Of a DNA stretch of 64,000 nt, positions 38,675-54,759 are shown piece after piece (within the stretch, counting starts at the first letter, position 1; each line of letters starts with the position of its first letter). The notes below the pieces were generated by a model that saw only the letters and a program-made list of their open reading frames with translations, made no database searches and was not told the origin of the DNA. Both the position numbers and the translations under genes were made by a program. This stretch comes from Chrysomallon squamiferum. Its lineage: Eukaryota; Animalia; Mollusca. The stretch spans positions 5,022,001-5,086,000 of the forward strand of contig CM022677.1 of assembly GCA_012295275.1 (NCBI GenBank). Reading direction: 5' to 3'.

Positions 38675-39977
38675 CATATCTGTTATGATACAAATCAAAG
38701 GTGAACGTAATAAAATATCGATGTAAGCAGTGTTTTTTTAAACTAAGATAGAACGTAATTTCCGTTCAGTCTCAGTTTAGTCGTAGAAGCTGCACAGCTG
38801 GTACTAAATAAAAACGTACATTCTGTCGAGCAGTCTCAAATTATTTTCAGAAAACTACCAAATTAAATATGGTATTATACACAGAAATTAAAGATAAACT
38901 GGTATAATATTGGTTACCATATTCAAAAATATGGTTTATTTGAAAGACCCTCTCTATTTCTCAACAACAAAAATATATAAATAAATAAATAAATATATGT
39001 ATAGTTTTATAAAATTTGTTTTAGAGAGCCATGAAAAGATATTATTAGTAGTAAACAATTAAAAAAAGAAACATTAATCTTTTCCAGCAGCGCAGTTTAT
39101 AAAGCAAAATGTAGAATCAGGAAAAATATGATATTTTATATTCATTTCAAATTCTTCACCTTTTCCTGTATTTTTTATTTAACAGTGTCTTCGCCTCGGA
39201 AACTTGTTTTACATGGTAGACTGTAAAATTGATGACATAATCGAGATGCACACAGATTTAGATAGAACAATAATAATAATAATAGTTTGGACTGTTCATC
39301 GAAAGAAGCAGGCGGCGACAGAAAATTGTTAAAACTGTAGAATTTATGGATTGACAGAGAAACACATGGACAGATGTGGGTATATGTATTTGAATGTTAG
39401 AAAAACATATATACATACACACTAGTTGTGTGAGTGTATGTGTGTACTGAAGGAAATTATAATTTTTGTATGTGGTATCTGAGGCATGGATACCGAGCGA
39501 TAGACAGACAGATGTGAATGTGAAAGGATGAGTTGGTACATACATGTTATCTGTGAGAAAGAGTTAATGTGTTTGTTGTCAAATAACTGCTGCATGTGAA
39601 AGACAGTGTCCTTGTTTATATATAAACAAGTTCCAAGTGTTTTGATTGTTGTTTTGTTTTTAAAAAATGAATAGAAATAAAATGATATACAATTAGATAT
39701 AAAAATACAATTAATAACTGGATTATTTTAAGGATTTATTCTTATATCTTGATTTTGAATTGTTATTATTAACATTAAAATATAATTGAAAAAAGCTGAA
39801 ATTAATCAGGTTAAAAGAGTAATTTTAGCTCTATTAAAACCAACATCTTTTTTAAAAACAGATTTGCAGTAATTTTTATTTTAAAGAAAATGAAAATGAA
39901 ACGATGTATGTATGTATGTATGTATATAATAATAATAATAATAATAATAATTTATAATTAATTTATAATTATGAAAG

Positions 39978-40070
39978 TCTGTGACATCAAATGAAAGTGA
40001 AATGTTCATAATACAAAATCTTAAAGGCATATGTCACTGTAATTCATTATTGGAATGCATTGCTACAAAG
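39978..40070 (+). pseudogene. Isolated exon-like segment resembling a USP (peptidase C19) Cys box (copy at 57113-57205)
   Basis: IQNLKGICHCNSLLECIATK|gt resembles L.N.GNTCY.NSLLQCL; a GT donor follows in both copies. Confidence 0.3.
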
Positions 40071-41354
40071 GTTAGTGTTCATTCTAGTGCTTTGATTCTT
40101 TTTGTAAAATCGAACAAAATGTATATATAAAAAATAATAATTAAATCAGATGATCTTTTGCTGGTTGACCACAAATAACGAAGATATTGATCAGTATATA
40201 AATAATAAAACTAAAAACAGACAAAGACTAGTTTTTATTTATTTATTTTTCTTTTAAAATATTTGAACGTGCCTTAACATTTTTAATGTTAACAAACTGA
40301 AAAATGTTCAGCATGATTTTCCATTTTGATTATTGTTTTTAGATAAGATGCAATGGGTTTGATTTTGTAGATGTCAGGATTTAAAACAGTTAAGAACAAA
40401 TAATGTTTTTGTATTAAAAATATTTGTACTGCCACTCATTTATGTAACATGACCTGGTTATATTTTATTGTTATTTTATATCTTTTATTATTTATTTATG
40501 AATTTATTTAATTATTTATTTAATTTCATTTTTTCCCCAGCTTTTTAATTGAATTAATTCAATACAGATTATAAAATACTTGGAAGACATTTCCATTTGC
40601 ACATATTTGAAATAATTTTTTGAATTTTTCCAACATGTGAAAGGCTAATTATAAAATACTGAGAAAAATTCCATTTATGTACATTTTTTCTCTTCTTTGG
40701 TTTTTATCATTTTTAAATTATGATTTTCTATTTTTAAAGATTCCTTATTAAAATAATTCAATTATTCCTTCTAAAGTGGGAAATTATAAAAAACTGCTAG
40801 AAATGTGTAAAGAGAAATATCTGAATATTTAAGTTTTATTATCTAGACACGTTTTTAAGTAATTTCAACTTGAAGATGATCATGTTTCTTTTAATTAAAA
40901 ATAACAAAGTCATGGTTAATGCAAATAAAATTTTAATTTAGTTAACAGTTTACATTAGAAATAAATTATTATATAAAGAGTTATATAATATATTCTTATT
41001 ACCCCTAATTACATAATTTAAATATATTTACACAATGATTACCCCCTGAATTAAAGATTTTTTCCCAACTTTTTTGTATAAAAAAATTCTAATTACCCCT
41101 GACATAATTTTCAATTATATTTACATTTATTACCCCCAGCAAACCCCTGATTTTACCCTGATTTAAATAATATAAAGAAAAAATGTTTTGTTGTGTTTTA
41201 ATAAAAACTTCAAATACCTCTAATTACATAGTTTTAAATATATTTAGACTGATTAACCCCAGCAAACCCTTGATTTACCCCAATTTAAATAATATAAAAA
41301 TTAGATTAAAAAAGTTAACACTAAACACTATCACACAGATTTTAGCTTATTTAC

Positions 41355-41577
41355 AAAGATGGCATTCCAGAGCAACGATGAATCTCCATTCCTCTTTCAG
41401 TGAGAAAAGTTAGAATAACCAAGCACACCTCAGTGATAAAAACAGAGCAAGCTGCTATGAAGTACAATGTGTACACTGGATGATCACTGAGTGTTGGAAA
41501 TTCAAATTACATTTCAGACAGATTTTCTCTTGAAAGACTATGATGTAAAAGCTTTCTGGTGAATCTTTTCTGAAAAT
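41355..41577 (-). pseudogene. 5'-truncated copy of the decayed exon at 59050-59346
   Basis: Colinear with copy B but lacks the acceptor end and ~30 bp internally. Confidence 0.4.
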
Positions 41578-42949
41578 GAAATAACAATAAATCATTTCTT
41601 GATCATATAAAACAAAGTTGAACTTAAAAATACTGAAACATAAATAAATCCTAGTGAAAACATTAAATTATCTCTCAAAATGCTCTTTTATATATTACAT
41701 GCAAATAGTAATAAATACAAAATACAAAATAAAAGATTATACTTTAGCTATTAAAATGCAGATTACTTAATAATTAAAACAATATTATTTGCTTCACTAT
41801 TATTTTGAGTAGATTAATCACCATCAAACAACACATACAACTAATCGTCATGACATTGTTGTCAGTTTAGGGGAAACACACACACAATTCTAGGTGTGCA
41901 CCGTGTACTTGGTACAGGGCTGGGAGACCTACTGCACCGGGGTAACAGTGATTTACAAAATAAAACACCAAAATTACTTTTCTATTGTTTTTATCATCAT
42001 CACACCATTATTCATAAATATGGTCAACATCATCATAATAAATAAATAAATAATGTTGAAATTAAATGAACAATCTTGAATATTAAAAAACAAAATATAT
42101 ATGTATCCTGTAAGCAAATCAGACATCTTTTGAAAGTAAAGTGCAAACGTAAAAATTAAAATAAATGTGTAAAAAGAAAAAAAAGAGAAAAATGAATTCA
42201 TGGACCATATAACAGAAAATTAATTAAGTTGTGAATGTTACTTACATAAAGTGAATAAAACAGTTTTTACTGTAATGTTGGATATTGTATATAATGATTT
42301 TTTTTTTTTTGGTTCTGTTTTAAACAGTTAGAATTTAAAAATCCTTCCTGACTGAAATAATTTTAAGAAATTAAAAATAAAATTACAATATTATAACTGT
42401 TTAGATTATATTATCATTATGTTTAGTAAGGATTTATAATGTTTGTATGCTTAACTTTTGTGATTGCATATGTGGTCAAATTAGAAATTAATAACAAGAA
42501 TCAGAAATTATCCATGAAAATGACTTGCCGTAATAATTTCTTACTTTCTGAGTGTAATATTGTAAAACTGTTAGTTACTCAAGGCTGTTAAAGAAAACAT
42601 TTTGAAGTAAGAATAACATCCAAATATGACTTCAATATGTATGTATTCCAAAGCTGCTATAAATGAATTATAACATTGGTTGATTTAATGAACAAAATTG
42701 TGAATTGATGTTTTTTGTGTGATCATTTAATGTTTTCAACACGAGTAACCATTACTTCCATTAGATCGCACTCACACAGAAATAAAAGTTATGTCTCTGT
42801 GAAAATATATAATGTTTATTAGGATTAAATTATTTTATCTGTTTTATCAATGTAAATTATAGCTAAATATACGCAAGTATGCAACATGAAATAAAAAAGG
42901 AAAAAAGAGAAGAAATAAGAATAAAAATGGAGAAAGTGAACAGAAAATA

Positions 42950-43850
42950 AGGGTAAGCATTAGCCAAGCTGCTCAGGGATGTCAAATAATGAGATGTTCA
43001 TCTGCACCATTTTATCTGTCAACACCAATTCAACAGTCTCAGAAGTATGGACAATATGGATAAACCTGATGTTCCCAAGGTCAGTATTCTGGTTTAATTT
43101 CACCAGTTGTGAACTGTCAAGATGTCAGTATAAAAATTAGATACTTTGACTAGAAAGTTAGATATAATGTATGATAAACTGGAAAAATTAGACATGATTG
43201 AAAAACAACTGAATGGTACAAGATATAGTGGTAAAATGATTGATATTAAGAAAAAAGTACAAGATATGGAAAGATTATGAATTACATTCACTGTCAGTTT
43301 GAAAGGCATAAAACAATCTTGGGGATTTGAAATCTGTTGACATAGATATGAACATTTCTACTCGTGAAATGAGATATAATAATACCAGTATGAAACAACA
43401 AACATGTGAAGTAGAAACTGAGTTTCGAATCTTAAGAGATAAACACAATGACCTACAAACTCACTTCATCGTGACAATGTAATGTTTAGTGTGATACCAG
43501 AGGAAGATGAGGAAGACACAGACAAGGAGTTGAAAAGTTTTATAAAAAATGAAAGTAGAAAATAATAGTGACTTTGACAGAATGAATCGACTGGGGAAGA
43601 TGTATATATAAGGCCTGTTGTTGCTAAATTCATTTTATATAAATTGTGAGAAGAGCTGCACCCAAAACACTGATAAACAAGCAATTCACGGTTAATGAAC
43701 AAATAAATTAATGACAGGAGAAAATTACTATATCCACATTACAGCAAAAAGGCAAGGGAAAAGACTGGTGTTAAATGGTGATAAACTGTATATCGAGGTC
43801 AGGCTGTTTACACTGGGAGAGGTCGGGCCAGAAGCCAGTAACACAAACAT
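42950..43850 (+). mobile_element. CR1/L2-type LINE ORF1 remnant (coiled coil plus L1-ORF1-like RRM/CTD)
   Basis: KLDTLTRKLDIMYDKLEKLDMIEKQL; DLQ..RDNVMFSVIPEEDEEDTDKELKSFI; RPVVAKF; INDRRKLLYP; DKLYI. Confidence 0.75.
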
Positions 43851-43859
43851 AACAATCAT

Positions 43860-45588
43860 CAGCTAAGTGACACCAAGGTTATTTATCTTCTGTCCAAGTC
43901 TGAGATTCTTCAGTGTGGTGATGTTGAGAAGTTGATAAGACGTTGCACATCCAACAGTGACCCGAGTATTACGTGCACATCAAAGAGACATTCGATGTTA
44001 TCAATCGTGCACACATAGACACTGGCCACAGAGGTTGCAATCGAATGGTAAAGGAGATAGGCAACAAGTTTACCAATGTTACCAGGGATTCTACTGAACT
44101 GTTTAAGTCAATGTGCACTGACTGTCAGTGTAAACTGATGACAAAGGGTGTGGTTGTCTGACCGATCTTGTCTAAAGAGTTCTCTGCTTGTAGTCAAGTA
44201 GATCTCACTGATATGCAATCGTTACCGCATGGTTCTGTCAAGTGGATTAAGGTGTATCAGGATCATCTTACAAAGTTTGTTGTTATCCGCCCACTGACAT
44301 CAAAGCGAGCTGCTGAGGTTGCAAACCAACTCATGGACATATTTCTGCTATTCAGTGCACCACATATATTACAACTGTTCTGAATTTACAGCTCAAATCA
44401 TTTCTGATTTGCAGGAGTTGTGGCCAGACCTAGTTATAGTGCTTGGTAAACCACGCCACCCACAGAGTCAAGTTCTGTAGAATGTGCAAATTATGACACT
44501 AAAGACAGGCTTGTTGCGAGGATGAGTGAGAATAATGCCGCTGATAGGACTGTTGGTGTTAAATTTGTTCAGTTTCGCAAGAACTCGAGTTTCAATGCTG
44601 GAATAAAACAGTCATCTTGTACAACCTTGTTTGGCATCAAAGGCAGGATTGGTTTGACTTCCTTCGTTACCACATTATGTTATCCACAAGCTACAGAAGG
44701 AAGATGACTTACTAGCCATTCTGTCCAGCAGCTCAACTCTACCAGAAACAACTCAACTCTACCAGAAACAACTCAATCTGTACCAGAAACAACTCAACCT
44801 CTATCAGAAACGACTCAACCTCTACCAGAAACAACTCAGCCTCTACCAGAAATGACTCAGTCTCTACCAGAAAAAACTCAACCAATGAGCAGCATAGACA
44901 AGAAAAGAAAGCTTGCAATAGCTGCACAACAGAAACAAGCCGAGCGTGTTGTTAAGCAAATTCGTGTGATTATGAAGGATGATGCTGTTGGTGATAACGT
45001 AGCTGAGCCCTTTCCATCTGTAGAAATATCTGTATTATATTAGCTGTAGAAAACAGACACTATACCATCTGTGGAAATATTCTAGTATTATATTAGCTGT
45101 AGAAAACAGACACTATACCATCTGGTATTCTGAAAGGGAAATATAGTCAACACCAGTTTGATTTATGTCCTCAGAGAATCCTGAGTGAATCTGACATGAA
45201 CAGTGTGTCACTTCGTCAAGCCAACAAAAAGCAGTCTCAACACGGTGGTCAGAGTTTCGTCAAGTGCAGTTGTAATGGACCTAAGAGATGTCAGAGTAAG
45301 AGATGTGCTTGTTTCAAAACTAATGTTTTGTGTAATAGCAGATGTCACAACTGTGTAAATTGTTTAAATAAATGAAGTATGTATTATGTGTCACCAATGA
45401 ATCATACTGGTAAATGTGTTGTTACATGTATTTTATTATTCAATACAGATGAAACATAGTTTAGTAAATAGAAAACACCTAAGAAATACCCTTTAGCCAA
45501 ATGACTGGAAATTTTAGTCAGTTTGGCTAAATGACTAGAGGTCAGAGGCATTTGACCAAATCACTGGTTTGACACATTGACTGTAACA
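43860..45588 (+). mobile_element. Ginger-type (KRBA2/SCAND3-like) DDE integrase transposon, degenerate, left end deleted
   Basis: RAHIDTGHRG..CTDC; QVDLTDMQ; YQDHLTKFVVIRPLTSKRAAEVA; APHILQ; GKPRHPQSQ; C-terminal CSC..C.SKRCACFK..VLCNSRCH; right TIR ends ...gacacattgactgtaaca at 45588. Confidence 0.88.
44730..44885 (+). repeat. 21-bp coding-frame minisatellite (ccagaaacaactcaacctcta), about 7 copies
   Basis: Directly visible inside the integrase linker. Confidence 0.9.
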
Positions 45589-47090
45589 TGTATATCTGCT
45601 TGTATTTTCGAAGGAAGCTTTGATAATTTTTTTGCAAATAATTGCCTGTTTTGGAGAATTTCTTTTCTTAAACAAGAGCAGTAAGAAAGTGACAACCAAG
45701 CAGGCATTACGAATGATAATGTCAGATTCTGAGGATGAGGATGAAGTGTTGGAATGTGAAATAATAGTGATTTTGAAAGTGAAGAGAGTGACGATGATGT
45801 TGTCAATGATACAAATAATAAAAACACGAATGAAGGTGAAAATGAAAGTGATTCTGCTGATAATCACAGCCCAGGTGTTGATGTTTTACAACCTGGTAGT
45901 GGGTGTGGCTGTGGTAGAGGACGTGGTCGAGGTGTGACAGAATTCTCAGACTCAGGCAGATCAGCGTCAGTGGATGAATGACATGAGAGAGTGTCGTGAA
46001 AAACAATTCAAACCCCGGTCCCAAAAATATTCCAGATTCACTCAATAATGAGAGCAGAACTGCTGACTTTTATACGTTATTCTGGAATGATGATTTATGG
46101 CAGCTCTTTGTTGATGAAACTAACAGCAGGCAGAACATATCAGAGAAGCAAAACTTTCACATTGTTATTAAAAATCGTTTAGTTCACTAACACAGATTAA
46201 AAACTTTTTTTGCTGTTGAGTAGTGATGGAAATGCTTATTCACAAGGACTGCTATGAATAATTTTGGTGAGATAAGGAAAATGTCTTGACCATCACACCT
46301 GGATTTCCACAGACTTTTACAAGAGATAGATTTTTAGCAATATGGTCTATGCTACATAATGTAAATGTATTAGACCCGGAGCTAGACAAATCTGATAAGA
46401 TTTAGAAATCAAGGCCCATGTTCAAGCACTTGTTGGAAAAATTCTGGCTGCATTATATACCGAGAAGCAATCTGTTAGCTGACAAAGGAATGATTCCAAT
46501 ATAAAACTCCCTCTCTATAAAACAGCATATCAAAGAAAAACCGATAAAGTGGGATATCAAAACCTTCCTACTTTGTGACAGAGAGAATGCAGAAGTATAT
46601 ACAGGTCACAGGAATGATGCTGAAACCATTGAAAACCTTGGTGGTCTGGAAACTTTGTTGTTTGTATGTTGGAACCGTTTTGTTACCAGCATTACTGTGT
46701 GTTTGCAGACAGACTCTACACTAGTGTATATTTGTGTGAGTTTTTGCTGGAAAAGAGAGGAATCTGCCTAGTGGGCACTGCACTTACCAATCTCAAACTT
46801 TTTCCAAAAAAACTGATCAAATCAAAAAGTCAAATCAGAAGGGGGCAGTTTGAACTATTGTTCAATGGAATTGTAGCAGCAATTGTTTGGTGTGACAAAA
46901 AGCCTATTTAAAGTACGTCTGTGCACAGACAAACACCTCCAAGATTCTGGACCTCATTAGTTGGAAACAGCCTCCCAATGCAACATCAAACAGTAGGTGT
47001 GTAGTGTGTCTGGAAAACCACAACAGGTCAGACAACAAAATCCCTCTGCTGCCTATAAGGACTTTCTTCTTTAAGAAGTTAAGTTTTATT
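45589..47090 (+). mobile_element. piggyBac (PGBD4-like) transposase remnant
   Basis: Acidic N-terminus; FWNDDLWQLFVDETN; TRDRFLAIW..LH; DKGMIP..KQHIKEKPIKW; VFADRLYTS; VGT; WCDKKPI; RCVVC; many stops. Confidence 0.88.
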
Positions 47091-47131
47091 TATTTATTTT
47101 AGTTAATACGTAACTGAACGAAGTACAACAA

Positions 47132-47331
47132 NNNNNNNNNNNNNNNNNNNNNNNNNNNNNNNNNNNNNNNNNNNNNNNNNNNNNNNNNNNNNNNNNNNNN
47201 NNNNNNNNNNNNNNNNNNNNNNNNNNNNNNNNNNNNNNNNNNNNNNNNNNNNNNNNNNNNNNNNNNNNNNNNNNNNNNNNNNNNNNNNNNNNNNNNNNNN
47301 NNNNNNNNNNNNNNNNNNNNNNNNNNNNNNN
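47132..47331. other. Assembly gap (200 N) exactly at the junction of the two duplicate copies
   Basis: Run of N. Confidence 0.99.
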
Positions 47332-48816
47332 AATTCAAAACAGACCAATCATTTCAACTCATTTTGAATAACTGTAACAATTACCTGATAACCCAAACAA
47401 GACCTCGCGACAATCTCATTGAATCAAATAACAATTAAAACCACCACTAATTACATTATACTGATAACCCAAACAAGACCTCGCGACAATCTCATTGAAT
47501 CAGATAACAATAAAAAACACCACTAATTACATTATACTGATAACCCAAACAAGACCTCACAGCAATCTCATTGAATCAAATACAAATTAAAACCACCACT
47601 AATTACATTATACTGATAACCCCGAAACAAGACCTCACAACAATCTCATTGAATCAATTAAAACCACCACTAATTACATTAACTGAACTGGACATTCTCG
47701 TAACTGACCAGCAAAACCAAACATTATTCTGTCACCTAAAATGGGCCTAAATGTGATTAAACCAAGAAAAAAAAAAAGGAACAACCCCATGGGAAACTGC
47801 AAAATGCAGCACATCTGACCTATTTCCAGCTACTAACTCACCATTATTACTAGTAGCAAACACCTTTTAGTAAATTAAAAAATAAAACAAGAAAAAGAAA
47901 AGAAGAAACAAGAGCAGGAATAAAAGGAGTAAGAAATAATAATTTAAAAAAAATATATATATCTCTGTATCTCTCTTTCTCTCTCTCACTGTCTCTCATT
48001 CTCTGTCTCTCTCACTCTCTCTCTCACACTCTCTCTCACTCTCTCTCATAATTATGTTATTTTATTAATATTAAATTTATTTTAAAATTCATTCAGTTTT
48101 AGTTTTTTTGTTTATTCTCAGTACATAATTGTTTTTGTTTTTATTATGAATACTTTTGTAAACTTTAAGTGAAATGAAATAAAATAAAACCTTTTTTATA
48201 AATTACTCTGTTGTTTGTTTTAACTATTTACTGTAAACATTAAAAATGACAACATTTTTAAAACCATTTTTTTTCCTCTTTTCTGTAAACAATTAATTAT
48301 TATATAAAATAAAATGATTTTTGAAATTTACTATTTTCTATTCAATGAACTAAATATGGGTTTTGAAATTAGTGTGTTTGTTGTTTGTTTTTAATACTTT
48401 CAGTAAACAATTATTAAATGAAATAAAGACAATTTTAAAAACTAAAATTTACTATTTTCTGTAACAATTAATGGAAATAAAACTGATTTTAAAACAACAA
48501 TGTGCTTGTTTTCTTTTCAGATAATGTATTACCAACACAACTAACATTTATATATATCATGGGGGAGGGTATACAGAGCTGCTGAGTATGTTTGAGGGGT
48601 GGGTTAATTCTCTGGGAAAGGGAAGTGAAACAGTAGATAAGTGCTGGTGTACTAGGACGTTTTGTTAAACAAAAAATTAGATTAATAATAATAATAGTAA
48701 TAATAATAATCAAAAATTAAAGAATTTAATCTTTATAAATTTTATTTTCGATTCCATTTTTTATTATTTATTTTTAAATTACTTTTTATTTATATATTTT
48801 TTCATTATTATTATAA

Positions 48817-48854
<38 letters not shown>

Positions 48855-51800
48855 CGTTAAATATAAATATAAAATGAAAAATAAAACTTTAACTAAGGGC
48901 CCGGTTAGATATTGCACAACGCTGCATTTGCCAGGTGAAAACGCGCGTTTTGAGTTTCCTGTCATTTTGGAAAACAAAATTCAACCTACCTTGTTCGTCC
49001 GGTAAATTCATCAGTCCAGAGGTAATCCATAGCGAAGTCAAAGACAACACTAAGGCAAAGAAAAATTTTCATGGTGTAAATCAAGCTTACATACAACATT
49101 TTGAATTACTATAGTTGTTAAAGTGTCCTCGGTGCGCGCCCTTTCACTAATAGTCTCGCCGGAACTTCGCTATAATTCGGGATGCTGTGGCCGTGACGTC
49201 ATGCTGATTTTCTAACTGATTGATTATTATAATTTCAATGAATTATAACAGGGGTGCCCCTACTTTTTAAATGACCAAGTCAAAATGATCTACCAACAGT
49301 AAAAACGCAAAGCATTTATCTATTTATTTTATTTATTTATACTAAGTATACTTATATTTACAAGATATGTTGTTGTAATTGCATAACAGCGTGAACCTGT
49401 ATGGCACAATAGAAGTCTGTACATTTTTGACCGTCAACTTACTCTGATAAAGTGCACTTGCACTTGCAGAATGGATGATACGTTTCTTTTTTTTAGTGTC
49501 ATGCGATCTACCCACACTGTCTATGCGAACATCTGCAAAAGGTGAAAACCCGTGTGGCACTATGCCCGGGGGTCGGGAAAATATTTCAACGTGTCCAAAA
49601 GGTGCGCACCGTCGGGTCCAGTGTGGCAAAGACGTTTCCAACATTTTCAAAAGGTGCTGCACCTTTTGAAAATTTTGTGAAGAAAAAAAACGAGAACATT
49701 TTCAAAATACGTGCATTTTTTTGTGCACGTGTCGGAAAAGAGTTGTTCCCCTTGGGTGAGGCGTGCGGCACCTTTCACCCGTGTCTGACAACCCTTTCCC
49801 CAATTTTGGGTATGTGCGCCCCATTTTTGCCACGTGCGGAGAAAAAGTTAATCCACTTTCAAAAAGGTATCCCTCGCATTTTGGACGAAACTTGAAACAT
49901 TATTTTACTAATTTGATTACGCATGTTTAACCTCAGACATAACACAAGCCTGGCTTCTCTGACAAAAGGATCTGCAAGACTGCATTGTCAGGCTGATCGC
50001 ACACTTTGACGGGGAAAAGACGACTGACCCACTGTCTTCATCGCCTCACATCTCTTCAGCCCTACCCTTAATGTCGATACTATAACGGGATAGTCAAACT
50101 GGTGCCCAATACAAACATGCTTCGGCCCTCACTGGACGTCAGAATGTGTTCCTTAGCCAGCTGAAAATCACTTTCATATGTGAAATATATTTTTTATCAT
50201 CCCCAAAATGAAATATTCCGAAAAAAAAATAAATCGTTATTCTGACCACATAATATAGATATTATCTATTTTTTGTTTTTCTTAATTCTCATTTCATTTT
50301 AGCTAATAAAGAATCATAACCATCATCAACAAGAAATAAAATGCCAGTATTTCCACCTATTTTATGTAAGTTTACGAGATTATTTCAAGATGTTAAACTA
50401 ACGTAATCATTATCAATCATTCGTTCTTTATGAATATGTGAGTAATGCAATAACTGTTATTTATAAATATATAAAATAAAGATTCGGACGCTGTATCTGT
50501 CATTTACAAATATGTATGATACATAAAATATAATTTCAAAAACTTTAATATCGGAAAATAGCTTTTCAGTTTAAAAATATTTCTTACCTGAAGCAATGTT
50601 GTAATCAAATTAACTCCGTTACTCAGTTCCAAATTAAATTTAATATAATTACTTATATTTTTTAATTCCGTAGATACAGAATGAAAACAGTCTTACCCCT
50701 TTCCATGTTGTAATTACTGTAAATGTTGTAACTGTTTGTAATACTGGTTACAGCTAACGGAATGGCGAGGTATCAAGGTTATATCAGAAAAATAATTAAG
50801 AAAACGCGCATAATATATTTACATGTTCCGTCATTTTATCTATAGCGGGATCTTTTCTTTATTATTTTCTAATGAATTAAGATCAGTTAATCTATTGTAG
50901 ACCAGAGATCTGAACCGTGAGTTGAGTGAAAGAATCTGAGATCAAAAACAGGTTAACATGAAATGTTAAACGTACCTGAAACAATGGTGTTTATTCTTTC
51001 AAATTAGTATATCAGTGTTGTGGGGAGGTATAATCATTTACAGTATGAATGACAGCAAAATAGCACTGTTACAAAACACTTGAAAGCCGCCATTTTAATC
51101 CTTATGTCACGTAATGATTGATGGTGTTGTTGTTGTTGTTGTTGGGGGTGGGATTGTCTTTTTTTCTTTCTTTTTTTAAAGACGCTAGAAGAATTTTTTT
51201 AGTAAGTCGATACAGATTACCCATCCAATTTTGATCTCAACGTCATAAAAAAAATACCAGAACGAAAGACAATCTAAAAAGAAACCTCTGTGTCATAGTA
51301 TATTACAAAAACAAATCTATGATTCTCTGCAAATAAAAAAAAAAATAACGAAGAGAAATTATGTTTCCCTTGCTACCAGTGACGTTCATCAAATCCAAAA
51401 GTAAATTCCAGTGGTTTCCTTATACAGATGCCTAATTCTGTTTCCTGTCATTTATTGTTTTAAAATTATTAATTATCACGTCCTCTATTAAAAACAAACA
51501 AACAAATAAGTAAACAACAACAAAAAAGGAGCAAAAAACAAACAAACAAAAACAATACCCTCAAACAACAGAAAACAATAGAACAACTAAATAACACAAA
51601 AAACATATATATGTAATTTTTAATAAATTTTATATATACGTATAGAAATTAAATCTTACGTATATTTAAACGAAATTAGATTTAGAAATTAAACATAGAA
51701 ATTTCCATTTTCTTTTTTTTTAATCCACATATTAAACTGCCTTGTTATCCTGACATCTGAAAAAATTATGTAAGATGAGCCCATATTTTTTCTAACAATA

Positions 51801-52567
51801 TTCTTTTTCACTAGAATTTTATTTAAAATGATGGGTGTGTTGTATAGAGTAAATTTATATCTATATCTGTATATAAAGAATATTATTGGAATTACTAACT
51901 GTATATTTATTTATTTAAAACATTTCTTCCCATTCTTCTTCTTATTACCATAATTATTGTTGTTCTTGTTAATATTTTTTTTAAATTATTATTTCCCTCT
52001 TTCTTTCATTTTTTTTTTCTTCGTTTTTTTTTTTTATGTGTGTGGTTTTTTTTCTGTACCGCCCTGCTTAATGTTTCTATTCTCTTTAAGATATTTTTAC
52101 TAATTTTTTCTTAATAAAACTGTGGTTTTGCCGTAAAGCGTTCCCTCAGATAATCTATTGTCTTTGTTTTTAGATGTTAAAGTAACTCAAAGTAATGTTA
52201 TTTTGGATCAGTTGTTTAGAAATAGTTCAGCATTTATTGAGCATACTTTTTCAGTTATATAAAGTAAAAAGTTCAGGATAAGACGTATCTGCCGAGTTAT
52301 CCCACCCCTAACACATTTGTAAATTGTTCAGACCACTAGTACTAGGGAGAGATATGCACAAATATCTCGGAATTTGTTAGAGACAATTCCCTTATGTTAT
52401 GATTAGATTACTTTTTTCTTTTAAATATATAGAATAAGAAGATTTATTTTTGGCTCTAACTATTTACGTTAGCATACGCTTATTCACACATATACACAAA
52501 CTCATACACATATGTGCACCTATACGCACACACACACAGTATAAACTCACACACGTATACACACACA

Positions 52568-52623
<56 letters not shown>

Positions 52624-53217
52624 GGACAAAACTGTTGAGAACTATGTAATAATACACACACCTAGGAGCTGTCTCTGGCGTTTTTCTTTACTGCATACTA
52701 AATACCAACAAGACTACCTTTTATGATAAAACAAGGATGCAATGCAGTAAGACACTTTGTTGATATATTTATATGTTTGGCTATTCATGATGCCTGCAAA
52801 AGAATATTCAGTGGATTTTTAATCCTTCTTGTGAATACCACCATGAATTTTTTTATATGATTACTTCAACAATAATGAATATGGCTCAACCATGAAGGTT
52901 TCCTCTGGGATTATTTTAAGCAAAGCAAAATTATGGAAAATACAATAGAGATAACATCAGTATCTTCCAGATTTATTCTGGAAACAATGTTCTAGAGAAT
53001 ATCACAACAAGAGAGACAAAAATGGTTTAATTTTCACAAACATATATATCTGATGAAATGTTCAATCTAATTTAAAGAATTACATCAAGATGAATTTATA
53101 TTGTGTCCCATGTGTTACCTCTACGACTACTAATACTACTGCTGCCACTACTACCCCACTAGAATTACTCCTACTACTACTATTACGACTGCCAGCACAG
53201 TCATCACTACAACTAAC

Positions 53218-54600
<1,383 letters not shown>

Positions 54601-54759
54601 CTGAGGCGGAAGAAAAAATATATATGTCTGAGGGGAAAAACTGTATAGCTATATCTATGTATTTTGAAGTACGAAAATGTTTGATGTTTTGTTTCTTGTT
54701 CTTTACGGTGATACAATATATAATAAAATATTTTGATTTGATTATTAAAATTATTTATT

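Larger units (their letters stand above)
29331..47131 (+). repeat. Copy A of ~18 kb direct duplication
   Basis: Starts aattcaaaacagaccaatcatttcaa and is colinear with 47332-64000; the window end matches ~45826. Confidence 0.95.

Noticed and set aside
49342-49895. Overlapping ORFs in the GC-richer element (also 32026-32387)
   Set aside because: No recognisable motifs, and the frames differ between the two copies through indels.
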